Of a stretch of DNA of 64,000 bases, positions 43,693-57,542 are shown one piece after another (within the stretch, counting starts at the first letter, position 1; every line of letters begins with the position of its first letter). The stretch lies in assembly GCF_013315695.1 (NCBI RefSeq), contig NZ_CP054353.1; one strand, given 5' to 3'. Origin of the DNA: Escherichia coli (GTDB taxonomy: Bacteria > Pseudomonadota > Gammaproteobacteria > Enterobacterales > Enterobacteriaceae). Made by a program: the position numbers and the translations under genes. The notes beneath the pieces were generated by a model. It had not been told where the DNA came from. It worked only from the letters and a program-made list of their open reading frames with translations, and searched no databases.

Positions 43693-45798
43693 TTATTGAG
43701 CTTCTTTTTGTGATGCCTGTGCGACTCTGGTGAGCGATTGTGTGACCGTACTGATCGCTCTGTCATATGCTGTGCTACCTTTTGGCGTATTTGCCAGACG
43801 TAACAAGGCATTTCGTATAACAGGGCTTTCGTATGCCTTCGCTGCTCCGCCTACGGCACCAGCAGCAGGAACAACAAACGCAGCCGTTTTTAGCATCCCC
43901 GCTAATACTGCTGCGTTTATGATGCCACCACCAACTAACAATCCATAAAGCTGCTGACCATTTAAGTTTTGAACGTTCGCTTTTGCCGCGTGTCTTGTAT
44001 CGTTGAGGTATTTAATAACGCCGTCCAGTTCCTTTCCATGTACGCCTTTAAAGAAAGTTGCTGATTGCTTCCTGTTCCGGTGTAACGCATTAATAAACTT
44101 CTCAACACTGATATTTCCAGACGGATCAGTCGCCTTATCTACAGCATTCTGAACTATGGCTGCTCGTGCGTTTTGCCTACCATTGTCATCCAGAAGCCTG
44201 TAAAGCTGAGAACGTTCTGATGGGCTTTGGCTAAAAACGAGTTTTGTTACATCCTCAGGCGTGGCCTTACCGCTGGCTATTGCCTTTTGAACGCGCGTTC
44301 TTCCCATCATGTCATTGAATTTAGACCATGACCGATCAACCCTTGCCATATTAATGGCTTCGTCTGCTCCAAGATTTTTGGCTACGGCTTTTTTCATATC
44401 CGCCGTATATGCCTTGTAGATAATATCGCTGGCTTTCTGGAGCGTATCTTTATCAACAGTGTCAGATGACGCCATAAATCGCTTTCGAAGATCGGTTCTG
44501 TTTTCCCTCGCCAGACGCAGGTCATTTGGTCCGCTGGTGATATCGTCTTTAAATTGCTGCAAGACTTTTACCGCGGCTCTATCCTGAGATTTGCCCGGGC
44601 GGCTTAACACGGCAATCTGATTGTCGATAGCTTTTACCGTGTTTGAGAGATCGACAGGGGTATCCCCCATAGCGTCAATTATGCGGTTATATCGCTTTCC
44701 TGCTGCCTCAATGAATTTTTGTTGCCCTTTAGTCGCAGATTCATAAAGCTGTTTATCAGAAATGCCACCCAGACCATCGCTAAATGTTCTGACTAAATTT
44801 TCTCGTGCTTGTTGTTGATTCAGCCGATTCTTACCGGTTCCAAAAAAAGGAACTCTTTCGCCTAATGTCTGAGCCTGACTCTGCATAAAGGTTTTATCTT
44901 TCAGCATGTCACTGGTCATTAACGGCAGATTTCTTTCCGATGCAAAGTTGACAGCAGCCTTTGCTTCAGGCGACATATCACCACGAACAGCCCTCGAAAC
45001 CGCACTCGCTGTATTTTCCAGCCCCTTACCAATACCACCAATGCCAGCAGAAATTACCGTTTGTAACGGATCAATATCTTCTCCACCAGCAAGGCTGGTG
45101 GCTCCCTGTAGTGCTAAATCTGTAGCTGCTGATTTTCCTATGGCACCAAGCACCGTTCCAGCCCTGCCCGCTGGTGTAAACGCCAGCGCATTAGCCAGAA
45201 ACGATGCCACGTCTTGCGGCGATAAACCCGGCTTGTTCAGAGCATAATCACCGGATGGCAGGGAAACGATAGTGTTACCCTTCTCATCCTGCCTTAATTT
45301 CGCTCCCATGCTCTGAAGAATCTTTTCCTGAGATGCGTCAGAGCCGAAAAGTTGAGACCATCGAGCTTTTAGAGCACCCATGCTGAGTGAGGTTAACTCT
45401 GGGGCAAGGTCGACATTTTGCAGTCTCTCCATCTCTGGAGTCATTCGGCTTTCGCCTGTTATAGCATCGCGCATCGCAGCCCCAAGACTGGCTCCCTGTT
45501 CTGCTGAACGCTCAAGCCCCTCTCTTTGCTGAGTAGCTAACTTTGCATACCCTGACGCAAGAGAATTATCAGATGATGTATGTTGAATATTTTGAGTTGC
45601 TGATTGGGATCGGTCTATTTCATTCGTTGATGGTAGTGGATAGGCAGCATAAAAAGCCTGCTTAGCCTGCGCTACACTTTCTCCGGCTTGCGGGGCCACG
45701 ACTTCATTGAAGTATTGCTCCTGAGCCTGCGCTTTTTGTTCTGGTGCTAACGCCTGATACTGTGGAGAGGCGATAACATCTTTCCATGCTTTAGCCAT
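43693..45798 (-). CDS. large alpha-helical protein, fourth gene of the split coupled operon (possible ejection/internal virion-like)
   Basis: 701-aa ORF; ATG 9 bp from the IS1 copy 3 boundary; the flanking 9 bp is the reverse complement of the duplication at IS1 copy 1; Gly/Ala-rich hydrophobic segment near the C-terminus. Confidence 0.6.
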   Translation of the reverse strand: MAKAWKDVIASPQYQALAPEQKAQAQEQYFNEVVAPQAGESVAQAKQAFYAAYPLPSTNEIDRSQSATQNIQHTSSDNSLASGYAKLATQQREGLERSAEQGASLGAAMRDAITGESRMTPEMERLQNVDLAPELTSLSMGALKARWSQLFGSDASQEKILQSMGAKLRQDEKGNTIVSLPSGDYALNKPGLSPQDVASFLANALAFTPAGRAGTVLGAIGKSAATDLALQGATSLAGGEDIDPLQTVISAGIGGIGKGLENTASAVSRAVRGDMSPEAKAAVNFASERNLPLMTSDMLKDKTFMQSQAQTLGERVPFFGTGKNRLNQQQARENLVRTFSDGLGGISDKQLYESATKGQQKFIEAAGKRYNRIIDAMGDTPVDLSNTVKAIDNQIAVLSRPGKSQDRAAVKVLQQFKDDITSGPNDLRLARENRTDLRKRFMASSDTVDKDTLQKASDIIYKAYTADMKKAVAKNLGADEAINMARVDRSWSKFNDMMGRTRVQKAIASGKATPEDVTKLVFSQSPSERSQLYRLLDDNGRQNARAAIVQNAVDKATDPSGNISVEKFINALHRNRKQSATFFKGVHGKELDGVIKYLNDTRHAAKANVQNLNGQQLYGLLVGGGIINAAVLAGMLKTAAFVVPAAGAVGGAAKAYESPVIRNALLRLANTPKGSTAYDRAISTVTQSLTRVAQASQKEAQ

Positions 45799-45807
45799 TA
45801 ATCACCC

Positions 45808-46575
45808 GGTGATGCTGCCAACTTACTGATTTAGTGTATGATGGTGTTTTTGAGGTGCTCCAGTGGCTTCTGTTTCTATCAGCTGTCCCTCCTGTTCAGC
45901 TACTGACGGGGTGGTGCGTAACGGCAAAAGCACCGCCGGACATCAGCGCTATCTCTGCTCTCACTGCCGTAAAACATGGCAACTGCAGTTCACTTACACC
46001 GCTTCTCAACCCGGTACGCACCAGAAAATCATTGATATGGCCATGAATGGCGTTGGATGCCGGGCAACAGCCCGCATTATGGGCGTTGGCCTCAACACGA
46101 TTTTACGTCACTTAAAAAACTCAGGCCGCAGTCGGTAACCTCGCGCATACAGCCGGGCAGTGACGTCATCGTCTGCGCGGAAATGGACGAACAGTGGGGC
46201 TATGTCGGGGCTAAATCGCGCCAGCGCTGGCTGTTTTACGCGTATGACAGGCTCCGGAAGACGGTTGTTGCGCACGTATTCGGTGAACGCACTATGGCGA
46301 CGCTGGGGCGTCTTATGAGCCTGCTGTCACCCTTTGACGTGGTGATATGGATGACGGATGGCTGGCCGCTGTATGAATCCCGCCTGAAGGGAAAGCTGCA
46401 CGTAATCAGCAAGCGATATACGCAGCGAATTGAGCGGCATAACCTGAATCTGAGGCAGCACCTGGCACGGCTGGGACGGAAGTCGCTGTCGTTCTCAAAA
46501 TCGGTGGAGCTGCATGACAAAGTCATCGGGCATTATCTGAATATAAAACACTATCAATAAGTTGGAGTCATTACC
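45808..46575 (+). mobile_element. insAB: IS1 copy 3 (768 bp, complete)
   Basis: Terminal repeats GGTGATGCTGCCAACTTACTGAT ... ATCAATAAGTTGGAGTCATTACC; InsA 45863..46138, InsB 46057..46560. Confidence 0.97.
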
Positions 46576-46608
46576 CGTTTATTCATAATAAATCTCCTGA
46601 AAGTTTAG

Positions 46609-49532
<2,924 letters not shown>

Positions 49533-50082
49533 TTATCGTTCATGAGAAGCATAACGTAAAGGGAAAAGCTCGATTAGACGGCAGGATTTGTCAGGGGTTA
49601 TGAACGAAATTCATAAATCTGTTTGAGTGTTGCGATGAGTCGTGCAAGTTCGATATCCCTGCAATTCACAGTCTGATGAAGGAAAATGAATATCCATAAA
49701 AAATATATCGGTTTATCCTGGCGTATATACCTACTTCGACGTATTTCCAATAGTTGCTAATTAAAGGCAGGTCATTATTATTCACTCTGAATAATGAATT
49801 ATTCACTGTCCGCAGAGTAAGAAATATAACTTAGGTATCTATTTAATGACTTGCACAAAAAGCTAAATTTTCACCCATAAATAAAAATATAATCCCGCGC
49901 CCAACCACCTGATGAGTGGCTACAGGCACTGGATATATTAGGTGGCGGTGTACTTTCTTACATAAAGGTATTTCCTTTTCTGCGGAAAAGGAAACCGGGA
50001 AATCCCCGGTTTTTCTGACAAGCAGACGCCATTATTTGTGTCTGCCTATGTTCGTTAATTCGTTCATCAGGAAATTATCTCA

Positions 50083-53000
50083 ATGTCACGTTATAAAATA
50101 GGTCATAAACAACCACAATTTCGTTATTCAGTTCTGGCCCGCTGCGTGGCGTGGGCAAATATCTCTGTTCAGGTTCTTTTTCCACTCGCTGTCACCTTTA
50201 CCCCAGTAATGGCGGCACGTGCGCAGCATGCGGTTCAGCCACGGTTGAGCATGGGAAATACTACGGTAACTGCTGATAATAACGTGGAGAAAAATGTCGC
50301 GTCGTTTGCCGCAAATGCCGGGACATTTTTAAGCAGTCAGCCAGATAGCGATGCGACACGTAATTTTATTACCGGAATGGCCACCGCTAAAGCTAACCAG
50401 GAAATACAGGAGTGGCTCGGGAAATATGGTACAGCGCGCGTCAAACTGAATGTCGATAAAGATTTCTCGCTGAAGGATTCTTCGCTGGAAATGCTTTATC
50501 CGATTTATGATACGCCGACAAATATGTTGTTCACTCAGGGGGCAATACATCGTACAGACGATCGTACTCAGTCAAATATTGGTTTTGGCTGGCGTCATTT
50601 TTCAGGAAATGACTGGATGGCGGGGGTGAATACTTTTATCGATCATGATTTATCCCGTAGTCATACCCGCATTGGTGTTGGTGCGGAATACTGGCGCGAT
50701 TATTTGAAACTGAGCGCCAATGGTTATATTCGGGCTTCTGGCTGGAAAAAATCGCCGGATATTGAGGATTATCAGGAACGCCCGGCGAATGGTTGGGATA
50801 TCCGCGCAGAGGGCTATTTACCTGCCTGGCCGCAGCTTGGCGCAAGCCTGATGTATGAACAGTATTATGGCGATGAAGTCGGGCTGTTTGGTAAAGATAA
50901 ACGCCAGAAAGACCCGCATGCTATTTCTGCCGAGGTAACCTATACACCAGTGCCTCTTCTGACACTGAGCGCCGGGCATAAGCAGGGCAAGAGCGGTGAG
51001 AATGACACTCGCTTTGGCCTGGAAGTTAACTACCGAATTGGCGAACCTTTGGCGAAACAACTCGATACGGATAGCATTCGCGAGCGTCGAATGCTGGCAG
51101 GCAGCCGCTATGACCTGGTTGAGCGTAATAACAACATCGTTCTTGAGTATCGCAAATCTGAAGTGATCCGTATTGCTCTGCCTGACCGTATTGCAGGTAA
51201 GGGCGGGCAGACGGTTTCCCTGGGACTTGTGGTGAGTAAAGCAACTCACGGTCTGAAAAATGTTCAATGGGAAGCGCCGTCTTTGCTGGCCGCAGGCGGA
51301 AAAATTACGGGGCAGGGTAATCAGTGGCAAGTGACGCTCCCGGCTTACCAGGCAGGCAAAGACAATTATTATGCGATTTCTGCGGTTGCCTACGATAACA
51401 AAGGCAATGCCTCAAAACGCGTGCAGACAGAGGTGGTCATTACCGGAGCAGGTATGAGTGCCGAGCGCACGGCGTTAACGCTTGACGGTCAGAGCCGTAT
51501 TCAAATGCTTGCTAACGGTAGTGAGCAAAAGCCACTGGTGCTTTCTCTGCGCGACGCCGAGGGGCAGCCAGTCACGGGCATGAAAGATCAGATCAAGACT
51601 GAGCTGACGTTCAAGCCAGCTGGAAATATTGTGACTCGTACCCTGAAGGCCACTAAATCACAGGCACAGCCAACACTGGGTGAGTTCACCGAAACTGAAG
51701 CAGGGGTGTATCAGTCTGTCTTTACTACCGGAACGCAGTCAGGTGAGGCAACGATTACTGTTAGCGTTGATGACATGAGCAAAACTGTCACTGCAGAACT
51801 GCGGGCCACGATGATGGATGTGGCAAACTCCACCCTGAGCGCTAACGAGCCGTCAGGTGATGTGGTTGCTGATGGTCAGCAAGTCTACACGCTGACACTG
51901 ACAGCGGTGGACTCCGAGGGTAATCCGGTGACGGGAGAAGCCAGCCGCCTGCGACTTGTTCCGCAAGACACTAATGGTGTAACCATTGGTGCCATTTCGG
52001 AAATAAAACCAGGGGTTTACAGCGCCACGGTTTCTTCGACCCGTGCCGGAAACGTTGTTGTGCGTGCCTTTAGCGAGCAGTATCAGTTGGGCTCATTACA
52101 ACAAACGCTGAAGTTTGTCGCCGGGCCGCTTGATGCAGCACATTCGACCATCGCCCTGAATCCGGATAAACCGGTGGTTGGTGGTACGCTTACGGCAATC
52201 TGGACGGCAAAAGATGCCAATGGCAACCCTGTAATTGGCCTCAATCCAGATGCACCGTCATTATCTGGCGCAGCCGCTGCGGGGTCTATGGCATCAGGCT
52301 GGACGGATAATGGCGACGGGACCTGGACTGCGCAGATTACTCTCGGCACTACGGCGGGGGAATTAGAGGTTATGCCGAAGCTCAATGGGCAGGACGCGGC
52401 AGCGAATGCGGCTAAAGTGACCGTGGTGGCTGATGCGTTATCTTCAGGCCAGTCGACAGTCTCTGTAGCCGCAGACCGCGTAAAAGCAGGCGAAAGCACA
52501 ACCGTGACGCTTATTGCAAAAGATGCGCATGGCAACGCTATCAGTGGCCTTTCCCTGTCGGCAAGCCTGACGGGTGCTGCGTCTGAAGGGGCGACGGTAT
52601 CCAACTGGACCGAGCAGGGCGATGGTTCCTATGTCGCTACGCTGACCACAGGGGGAAAGACGGGTGAGCTTCTCGTTATGCCGCTATTCAACGGTCAGCC
52701 AGCAGCCACCGATGCTGCGCGGTTGACTGTCGTTGCGGGGGAGATGTCATCAGCGAACTCTACGCTTGTTGCTGACAATGAGTCTCCGACCGTCAAAACG
52801 ACGACGAAACTCACCTTCACCGTGAAGGATGCGTACGGGAACCTTGTCACCGGGCTGAAGCCAGATGCACCGCAGTTTAGTGGTGCCGCCAGCACGGGGA
52901 CAGAGCGACCTTCAGCAGGAGACTGGACAGAAACAAGTAATGGGGTCTACGTGGCGACCTTAACGCTGGGATCTGCCGCGGGTCAGCTGTCTGTGATGCC

Positions 53001-54336
53001 GCGCGTGAACGGCCAAAATGCCGTTGCTCAACCACTGGTGCTGAATGTTGCAGGTGACGCTTCCCGGGCAGTGATCAGTGATATGGCGGTGAAGGTGAAT
53101 AACCAACTGGCAAATGGACAGTCTGCTAACCAGGTAACCCTGACCGTCGTGGACAGCTATGGTAACCCGTTGCAGGGGCAAGAAGTTACGCTGACTTTAC
53201 CGCAGGGTGTGACCAGCAAGACGGGGAATACAGTAACAACCAATGCGGCAGGTAAAGCGGATATTGAGTTGATATCAACCGTTGCAGGGGAACTTGAAAT
53301 CGCGGCCGCGGTGAAAAACTCTCAGAAGACGGTCACGGTGAAATTCAACGCGGATGCCAGCACCGGTCAGGCAAACCTGCAGGTAGACACCGCCGTTCAA
53401 AAAGTGGCAAACGGCAAAGATGCCTTTACGCTGACGGCGACCGTTGAGGATAAAAATGGTAACCCTGTTCCAGGGAGCCTGGTGACCTTTAATCTGCCCC
53501 GGGGTGTCAAGCCGCTTACAGGCGATAATGTCTGGGTGAAAGCCAACGATGAGGGGAAAGCAGAGTTGCAGGTGGTTTCAGTGACTGCCGGAACGTATGA
53601 GATCACGGCATCGGCAGGGAATAGCCAGCCTTCGAATACGCAGACTATAAGGTTTGTAGCCGATAAGACTACCGCAACCGTCTCCGGTATTGAGGTGATT
53701 GGCAACTATGCGCTGGCGGACGGCAAAGCCAAACAGACGTATAAAGTTACGGTGACTGATGCCAATAACAACCTGTTGAAAGATAGCGAGGTGACGCTGA
53801 CTGCCAGCCCGGCAAATTTAGCTCTGGATCCCGATGGGACGGCGAAAACTAATGAGCAAGGGCAGGCTATTTTCACCGCCACGACCACTGTCGCAGCGAA
53901 ATATACACTCACGGCGAAAGTGGAACAGGCCAACGGTCAGGAATCGACGAAAACTGCTGAATCTAAATTCGTCGCGGATGATAAAAACGCGGTGCTCGCC
54001 GCATCATCTGATGTGACTTCTCTGGTGGCGGATGGGGTACAGACCGCAACAATGACGGTTACCCTGTTCTCGGCAAATAACCCTGTTGGGGGGAATGTGT
54101 GGGTCGACATTGAGGCTCCGGAAGGAGTGACGGAGAAGGATTATCAATTCCTGCCGTCGAAAAATGACCATTTCGTGAGCGGAAAAATCACGCGTACATT
54201 TAGTACCAGCAAGCCTGGTGTCTATACGTTCACATTTAACGCCCTGACCTATGGCGGGTACGAAATGAAGCCAGTGACGGTGACCATAACCGCGGTGGAT
54301 GCCGATACGGCAAAGGGCGAGGAGGCGATGAAATAA
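50083..54336 (+). CDS. eaeH: intimin/invasin-like adhesin EaeH (FdeC), full length
   Basis: 1417-aa ORF MSRYKIGHKQPQFRYSVLARCVAWANISVQ...; N-terminal beta-domain followed by repeated Ig-like segments. Confidence 0.85.
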   Translation: MSRYKIGHKQPQFRYSVLARCVAWANISVQVLFPLAVTFTPVMAARAQHAVQPRLSMGNTTVTADNNVEKNVASFAANAGTFLSSQPDSDATRNFITGMATAKANQEIQEWLGKYGTARVKLNVDKDFSLKDSSLEMLYPIYDTPTNMLFTQGAIHRTDDRTQSNIGFGWRHFSGNDWMAGVNTFIDHDLSRSHTRIGVGAEYWRDYLKLSANGYIRASGWKKSPDIEDYQERPANGWDIRAEGYLPAWPQLGASLMYEQYYGDEVGLFGKDKRQKDPHAISAEVTYTPVPLLTLSAGHKQGKSGENDTRFGLEVNYRIGEPLAKQLDTDSIRERRMLAGSRYDLVERNNNIVLEYRKSEVIRIALPDRIAGKGGQTVSLGLVVSKATHGLKNVQWEAPSLLAAGGKITGQGNQWQVTLPAYQAGKDNYYAISAVAYDNKGNASKRVQTEVVITGAGMSAERTALTLDGQSRIQMLANGSEQKPLVLSLRDAEGQPVTGMKDQIKTELTFKPAGNIVTRTLKATKSQAQPTLGEFTETEAGVYQSVFTTGTQSGEATITVSVDDMSKTVTAELRATMMDVANSTLSANEPSGDVVADGQQVYTLTLTAVDSEGNPVTGEASRLRLVPQDTNGVTIGAISEIKPGVYSATVSSTRAGNVVVRAFSEQYQLGSLQQTLKFVAGPLDAAHSTIALNPDKPVVGGTLTAIWTAKDANGNPVIGLNPDAPSLSGAAAAGSMASGWTDNGDGTWTAQITLGTTAGELEVMPKLNGQDAAANAAKVTVVADALSSGQSTVSVAADRVKAGESTTVTLIAKDAHGNAISGLSLSASLTGAASEGATVSNWTEQGDGSYVATLTTGGKTGELLVMPLFNGQPAATDAARLTVVAGEMSSANSTLVADNESPTVKTTTKLTFTVKDAYGNLVTGLKPDAPQFSGAASTGTERPSAGDWTETSNGVYVATLTLGSAAGQLSVMPRVNGQNAVAQPLVLNVAGDASRAVISDMAVKVNNQLANGQSANQVTLTVVDSYGNPLQGQEVTLTLPQGVTSKTGNTVTTNAAGKADIELISTVAGELEIAAAVKNSQKTVTVKFNADASTGQANLQVDTAVQKVANGKDAFTLTATVEDKNGNPVPGSLVTFNLPRGVKPLTGDNVWVKANDEGKAELQVVSVTAGTYEITASAGNSQPSNTQTIRFVADKTTATVSGIEVIGNYALADGKAKQTYKVTVTDANNNLLKDSEVTLTASPANLALDPDGTAKTNEQGQAIFTATTTVAAKYTLTAKVEQANGQESTKTAESKFVADDKNAVLAASSDVTSLVADGVQTATMTVTLFSANNPVGGNVWVDIEAPEGVTEKDYQFLPSKNDHFVSGKITRTFSTSKPGVYTFTFNALTYGGYEMKPVTVTITAVDADTAKGEEAMK

Positions 54337-54456
54337 TATTAAGAGTATGAAAGTAACATTCTAATAAACAATAATGGCGTTGACATCTTCAACGCCATTA
54401 TTTATTGAATTGCCTGACAGTAGTCTCGTTATAAATTCATTTAGATATAGCGATAA

Positions 54457-55347
54457 CTAAACCGGACGAACAGGGATAAATATTTCGCAAACAACATCAT
54501 TGCTATCCTTTTCTACGAAATCTTCATTGTAATAAAATCGCTCAATATCACTGCCGTTCACTCTGGCTAACCCCCTGGCAGGTAATTCCATCAGATAGAG
54601 GTTTCGCGCCCATTCAGGGTAGTGCTCCCACTCACCTTCATAGCGGAAAGAGGCATACAGTCCTCGGTTAATTATCCACTCTTTTGGCATCTCTGAATCG
54701 GTTTGTTTACATACCGTACCGGCAAAAGTTTCAACTGTGAGCAAATCGACTGATTTTGTTGAGGGTTCGAACGTGGAGACGAAATAGATATCCGTCTTAA
54801 AATTCTTCATACATCTGGCTAAATGATGACGTCGCAGTTTGACTTCTTCATCCGGTGATTTATTCGACACTTCAATATCATATTTAAATGAATTGCCAAA
54901 AATAGGTGTCTCAGGAAAGTTGACTAATCTACACTCCGTCTTTTGCTGTTGACGTATTAAAAAAGAAGGGAAGATATTTGCGAGATCCCAATAATCACGG
55001 TGGCGGTATTCACGGGGAGAGCAGCCGAATAACTTTTTAAATTCGCGGCTGAATGATTGCTGTGAATCAAAATGCAAAGAGAGTGCAATATCAAGCATAG
55101 ATTTCGCGGAGAGCCGGACAAGAATGGCGGCACGACAAAGCCTTCGTTTGCGAATGTATTCTCCCAAAGGCACATGCATGAAATTTCGGAACAGAAGCTG
55201 GATGTTGCGTCTGCTGTAGCCAGATTTCTGTGCGATATCTTCGATTGAAATAGGGTGCTCAAGATTACACTCAATCCACTCCAGGAGCTGCTGTAGAATC
55301 TTCTGCCTGATCATCACATACTCCGTTAATTCTTTGTCATATCGCAC
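54457..55347 (-). CDS. ykgA: AraC-family transcriptional regulator YkgA
   Basis: 296-aa ORF with N-terminal AraC-type HTH and C-terminal effector-binding-like domain. Confidence 0.75.
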   Translation of the reverse strand: MRYDKELTEYVMIRQKILQQLLEWIECNLEHPISIEDIAQKSGYSRRNIQLLFRNFMHVPLGEYIRKRRLCRAAILVRLSAKSMLDIALSLHFDSQQSFSREFKKLFGCSPREYRHRDYWDLANIFPSFLIRQQQKTECRLVNFPETPIFGNSFKYDIEVSNKSPDEEVKLRRHHLARCMKNFKTDIYFVSTFEPSTKSVDLLTVETFAGTVCKQTDSEMPKEWIINRGLYASFRYEGEWEHYPEWARNLYLMELPARGLARVNGSDIERFYYNEDFVEKDSNDVVCEIFIPVRPV

Positions 55348-55546
55348 ATTTTCGTTATGTCCTGGGCCCTAAGTGTATCAAAAACAGCAAGTCCCAAGGC
55401 AAAAGCACTGATAGCGTCTGCTTCATTGCCCCAAAAATAGAGAGGTTTCAGTCCTACATTATTAATGAATTTTTTGCATAAGTGATATCAAAATCCACAT
55501 ACTAATTTGAGGTTACGTTTTAACGTAGACTCATTGTTCATACCTA

Positions 55547-56431
55547 ATGGAGGGACTGACAGTGGAATTTTCCGTATTAAGTAACAATCTGAAAATGCCG
55601 ATGATGGGATTTGGTGTTTTTCAGGTTACCGATAAAGACGTGTGCAAACAGTCAGTGTTGAATGCTATCCGCACGGGTTATCGACTCATCGACACTGCAG
55701 CGGTATACGGTAATGAAGATGCCGTCGGTGAAGCCGTTCGTGAAGCTATATCTGAAGGTTTATGTACCCGAGATGAGTTATTTATAACGTCTAAATTGTG
55801 GGTGCAGGATATGTTGAATCAGGATACGGCAAAAGCAGGTATTGAAGCGTCATTAAAAAAATCGGGACTAGAATACTTCGACCTCTATTTATTGCACCAG
55901 GCCATGCGCGATTATTTTAGTGCGTGGCGTGCACTCGAAGATGCCTATGAAGAGGGCAAATTAAAAGCGATTGGGGTTTCCAATTTCTACCCTCATGTTC
56001 TGGCGAACTTTTGTGAAACGGTAAGAGTTAAACCGATGGTCAACCAGGTCGAGTTGCATCCCTATTTTGCCCAACCAGAGGCGCTGGCAACCATGAAGTA
56101 TTATAACGTGCAGCCTGAAGCATGGGCTCCGTTAGGTGGTGGACGACATAAACCCTTTGAAAATAATCTGCTTCAGAGTATTGCAGATGCCCATCAAAAA
56201 TCGATTTCTCAAGTCATTCTGCGTTGGAATATTCAACGGGGAGTGGTCGTTATTCCGAAATCGACACATCAACAGCGTATCGAAGAAAATTTTGCTATCT
56301 GGGATTTCTCACTGACAGAGAAAGAAATGGCGCAAATTAGTTCGCTAGATTTGGGTTATGTTGGCGAATCGGTAAAACATTTTAATCCTGAGTTTGTTCG
56401 TGGTTGTCTTGCTGTAAAAACACATGGTTGA
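55547..56431 (+). CDS. aldo-keto reductase
   Basis: 294-aa ORF ...LKMPMMGFGVFQVTDKD...; alternative GTG start at 55562 with GGAGG RBS. Confidence 0.75.
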   Translation: MEGLTVEFSVLSNNLKMPMMGFGVFQVTDKDVCKQSVLNAIRTGYRLIDTAAVYGNEDAVGEAVREAISEGLCTRDELFITSKLWVQDMLNQDTAKAGIEASLKKSGLEYFDLYLLHQAMRDYFSAWRALEDAYEEGKLKAIGVSNFYPHVLANFCETVRVKPMVNQVELHPYFAQPEALATMKYYNVQPEAWAPLGGGRHKPFENNLLQSIADAHQKSISQVILRWNIQRGVVVIPKSTHQQRIEENFAIWDFSLTEKEMAQISSLDLGYVGESVKHFNPEFVRGCLAVKTHG

Positions 56432-56592
56432 TATTAATCACTTATTTTACCTGAGATGACATAAATGTTTTAATAAGGGAGTTATATTGAACCTTACATT
56501 GTCCTGTTTCAGGTAATATGGCGTCAGGCTTCACCCATTAGCAAGGAAAGCCTGACGCCTGAAAAAGTGAACAACAGACAGTGTTCGGATTA

Positions 56593-57195
56593 TCAATATT
56601 CAGTTTTTAACGTTGAACTGGATTCATTACTGCGTTGTTTAAGAATGTCCCGCGCCGAATCTGCCATTATCATGACAGCTCCTGCCAGCATCAGAGTATC
56701 TTTCAATACCAGACGACCAGCACCGGATAAATAAGGGAAACCATGATGAGCATCACCCAATGCGGGTACCCATGCTTCCGGAGTGGTGATTAAAAATGAG
56801 AGTGTTACCAGCGGCGTGGTAAATGCCATCAGCCCACCCAATAAACCTAACCAGCGATTGACAGGATTAGCCAAAACCAGCAGAGCAATAATCACCTCCA
56901 CGACGCCAAGACCGTTGGAAAAACCATAGGTATTATTAGCCGTTTGCCATGCTCTTGCTTCTGGTTTGTATTCGCCTTCGTGAGTCAGATACTGTTTATA
57001 GTCTTCCGGGTGTTCATAAAAGAACGACATTAGTGGACTGTTTGCGACGAATGGTGTAATGCTGTCTGCCTCGTAAGGGACAAACTTTAATAACCCAATC
57101 CACATAAAAACAATCGCAATACTCAGACGAATCAATGTCAGGCCAATTTTATCTCCCCGACTTAACAGGTGCAGGTATTTCTCCATTGTAAACAT
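56593..57195 (-). CDS. rclC: reactive chlorine resistance membrane protein RclC (DoxX family)
   Basis: 200-aa multi-pass membrane ORF; conserved position in the rclCBA cluster. Confidence 0.8.
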   Translation of the reverse strand: MFTMEKYLHLLSRGDKIGLTLIRLSIAIVFMWIGLLKFVPYEADSITPFVANSPLMSFFYEHPEDYKQYLTHEGEYKPEARAWQTANNTYGFSNGLGVVEVIIALLVLANPVNRWLGLLGGLMAFTTPLVTLSFLITTPEAWVPALGDAHHGFPYLSGAGRLVLKDTLMLAGAVMIMADSARDILKQRSNESSSTLKTEY

Positions 57196-57197
57196 CC

Positions 57198-57434
57198 TTA
57201 TTTATACAATACTGCTGTTGCGGTTGAATTATTATCAATTCGCATCGATGTGACTTTCCAGGATGAAGCATTATATTTTCTGGCCATATCAGCAATGGCA
57301 TCCTCCAGAACTGTCGGTGATGCTGATACTGACGAGACGCTGATATGTTTCAGAATTATTTTATCATCTGCATTGGTGGAAAATGCCATAACGCCAGATA
57401 ATAGTGTTGCAAATAAAACAGGTTTTTTAAACAT
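57198..57434 (-). CDS. rclB: periplasmic protein RclB (YkgI, DUF1471)
   Basis: Signal peptide MFKKPVLFATLLSGVMAFSTNA...; start trimmed to internal Met. Confidence 0.75.
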   Translation of the reverse strand: MFKKPVLFATLLSGVMAFSTNADDKIILKHISVSSVSASPTVLEDAIADMARKYNASSWKVTSMRIDNNSTATAVLYK

Positions 57435-57542
57435 ATAAAATACCATCAATGAAGTGATTAAGAAGTTATATAATAACAGGGAATTAATAAGATTATTTTC
57501 TCTGAGACGCCAGAATATTTGTTCTGGCGTCTGATTTTGAGT

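Noticed and set aside
50329-53933. Multiple minus-strand ORFs inside eaeH (e.g. 50818..51330, 52083..52604, 53397..53705)
   Set aside because: Antisense frames within a long GC-rich repetitive adhesin gene; no independent support.
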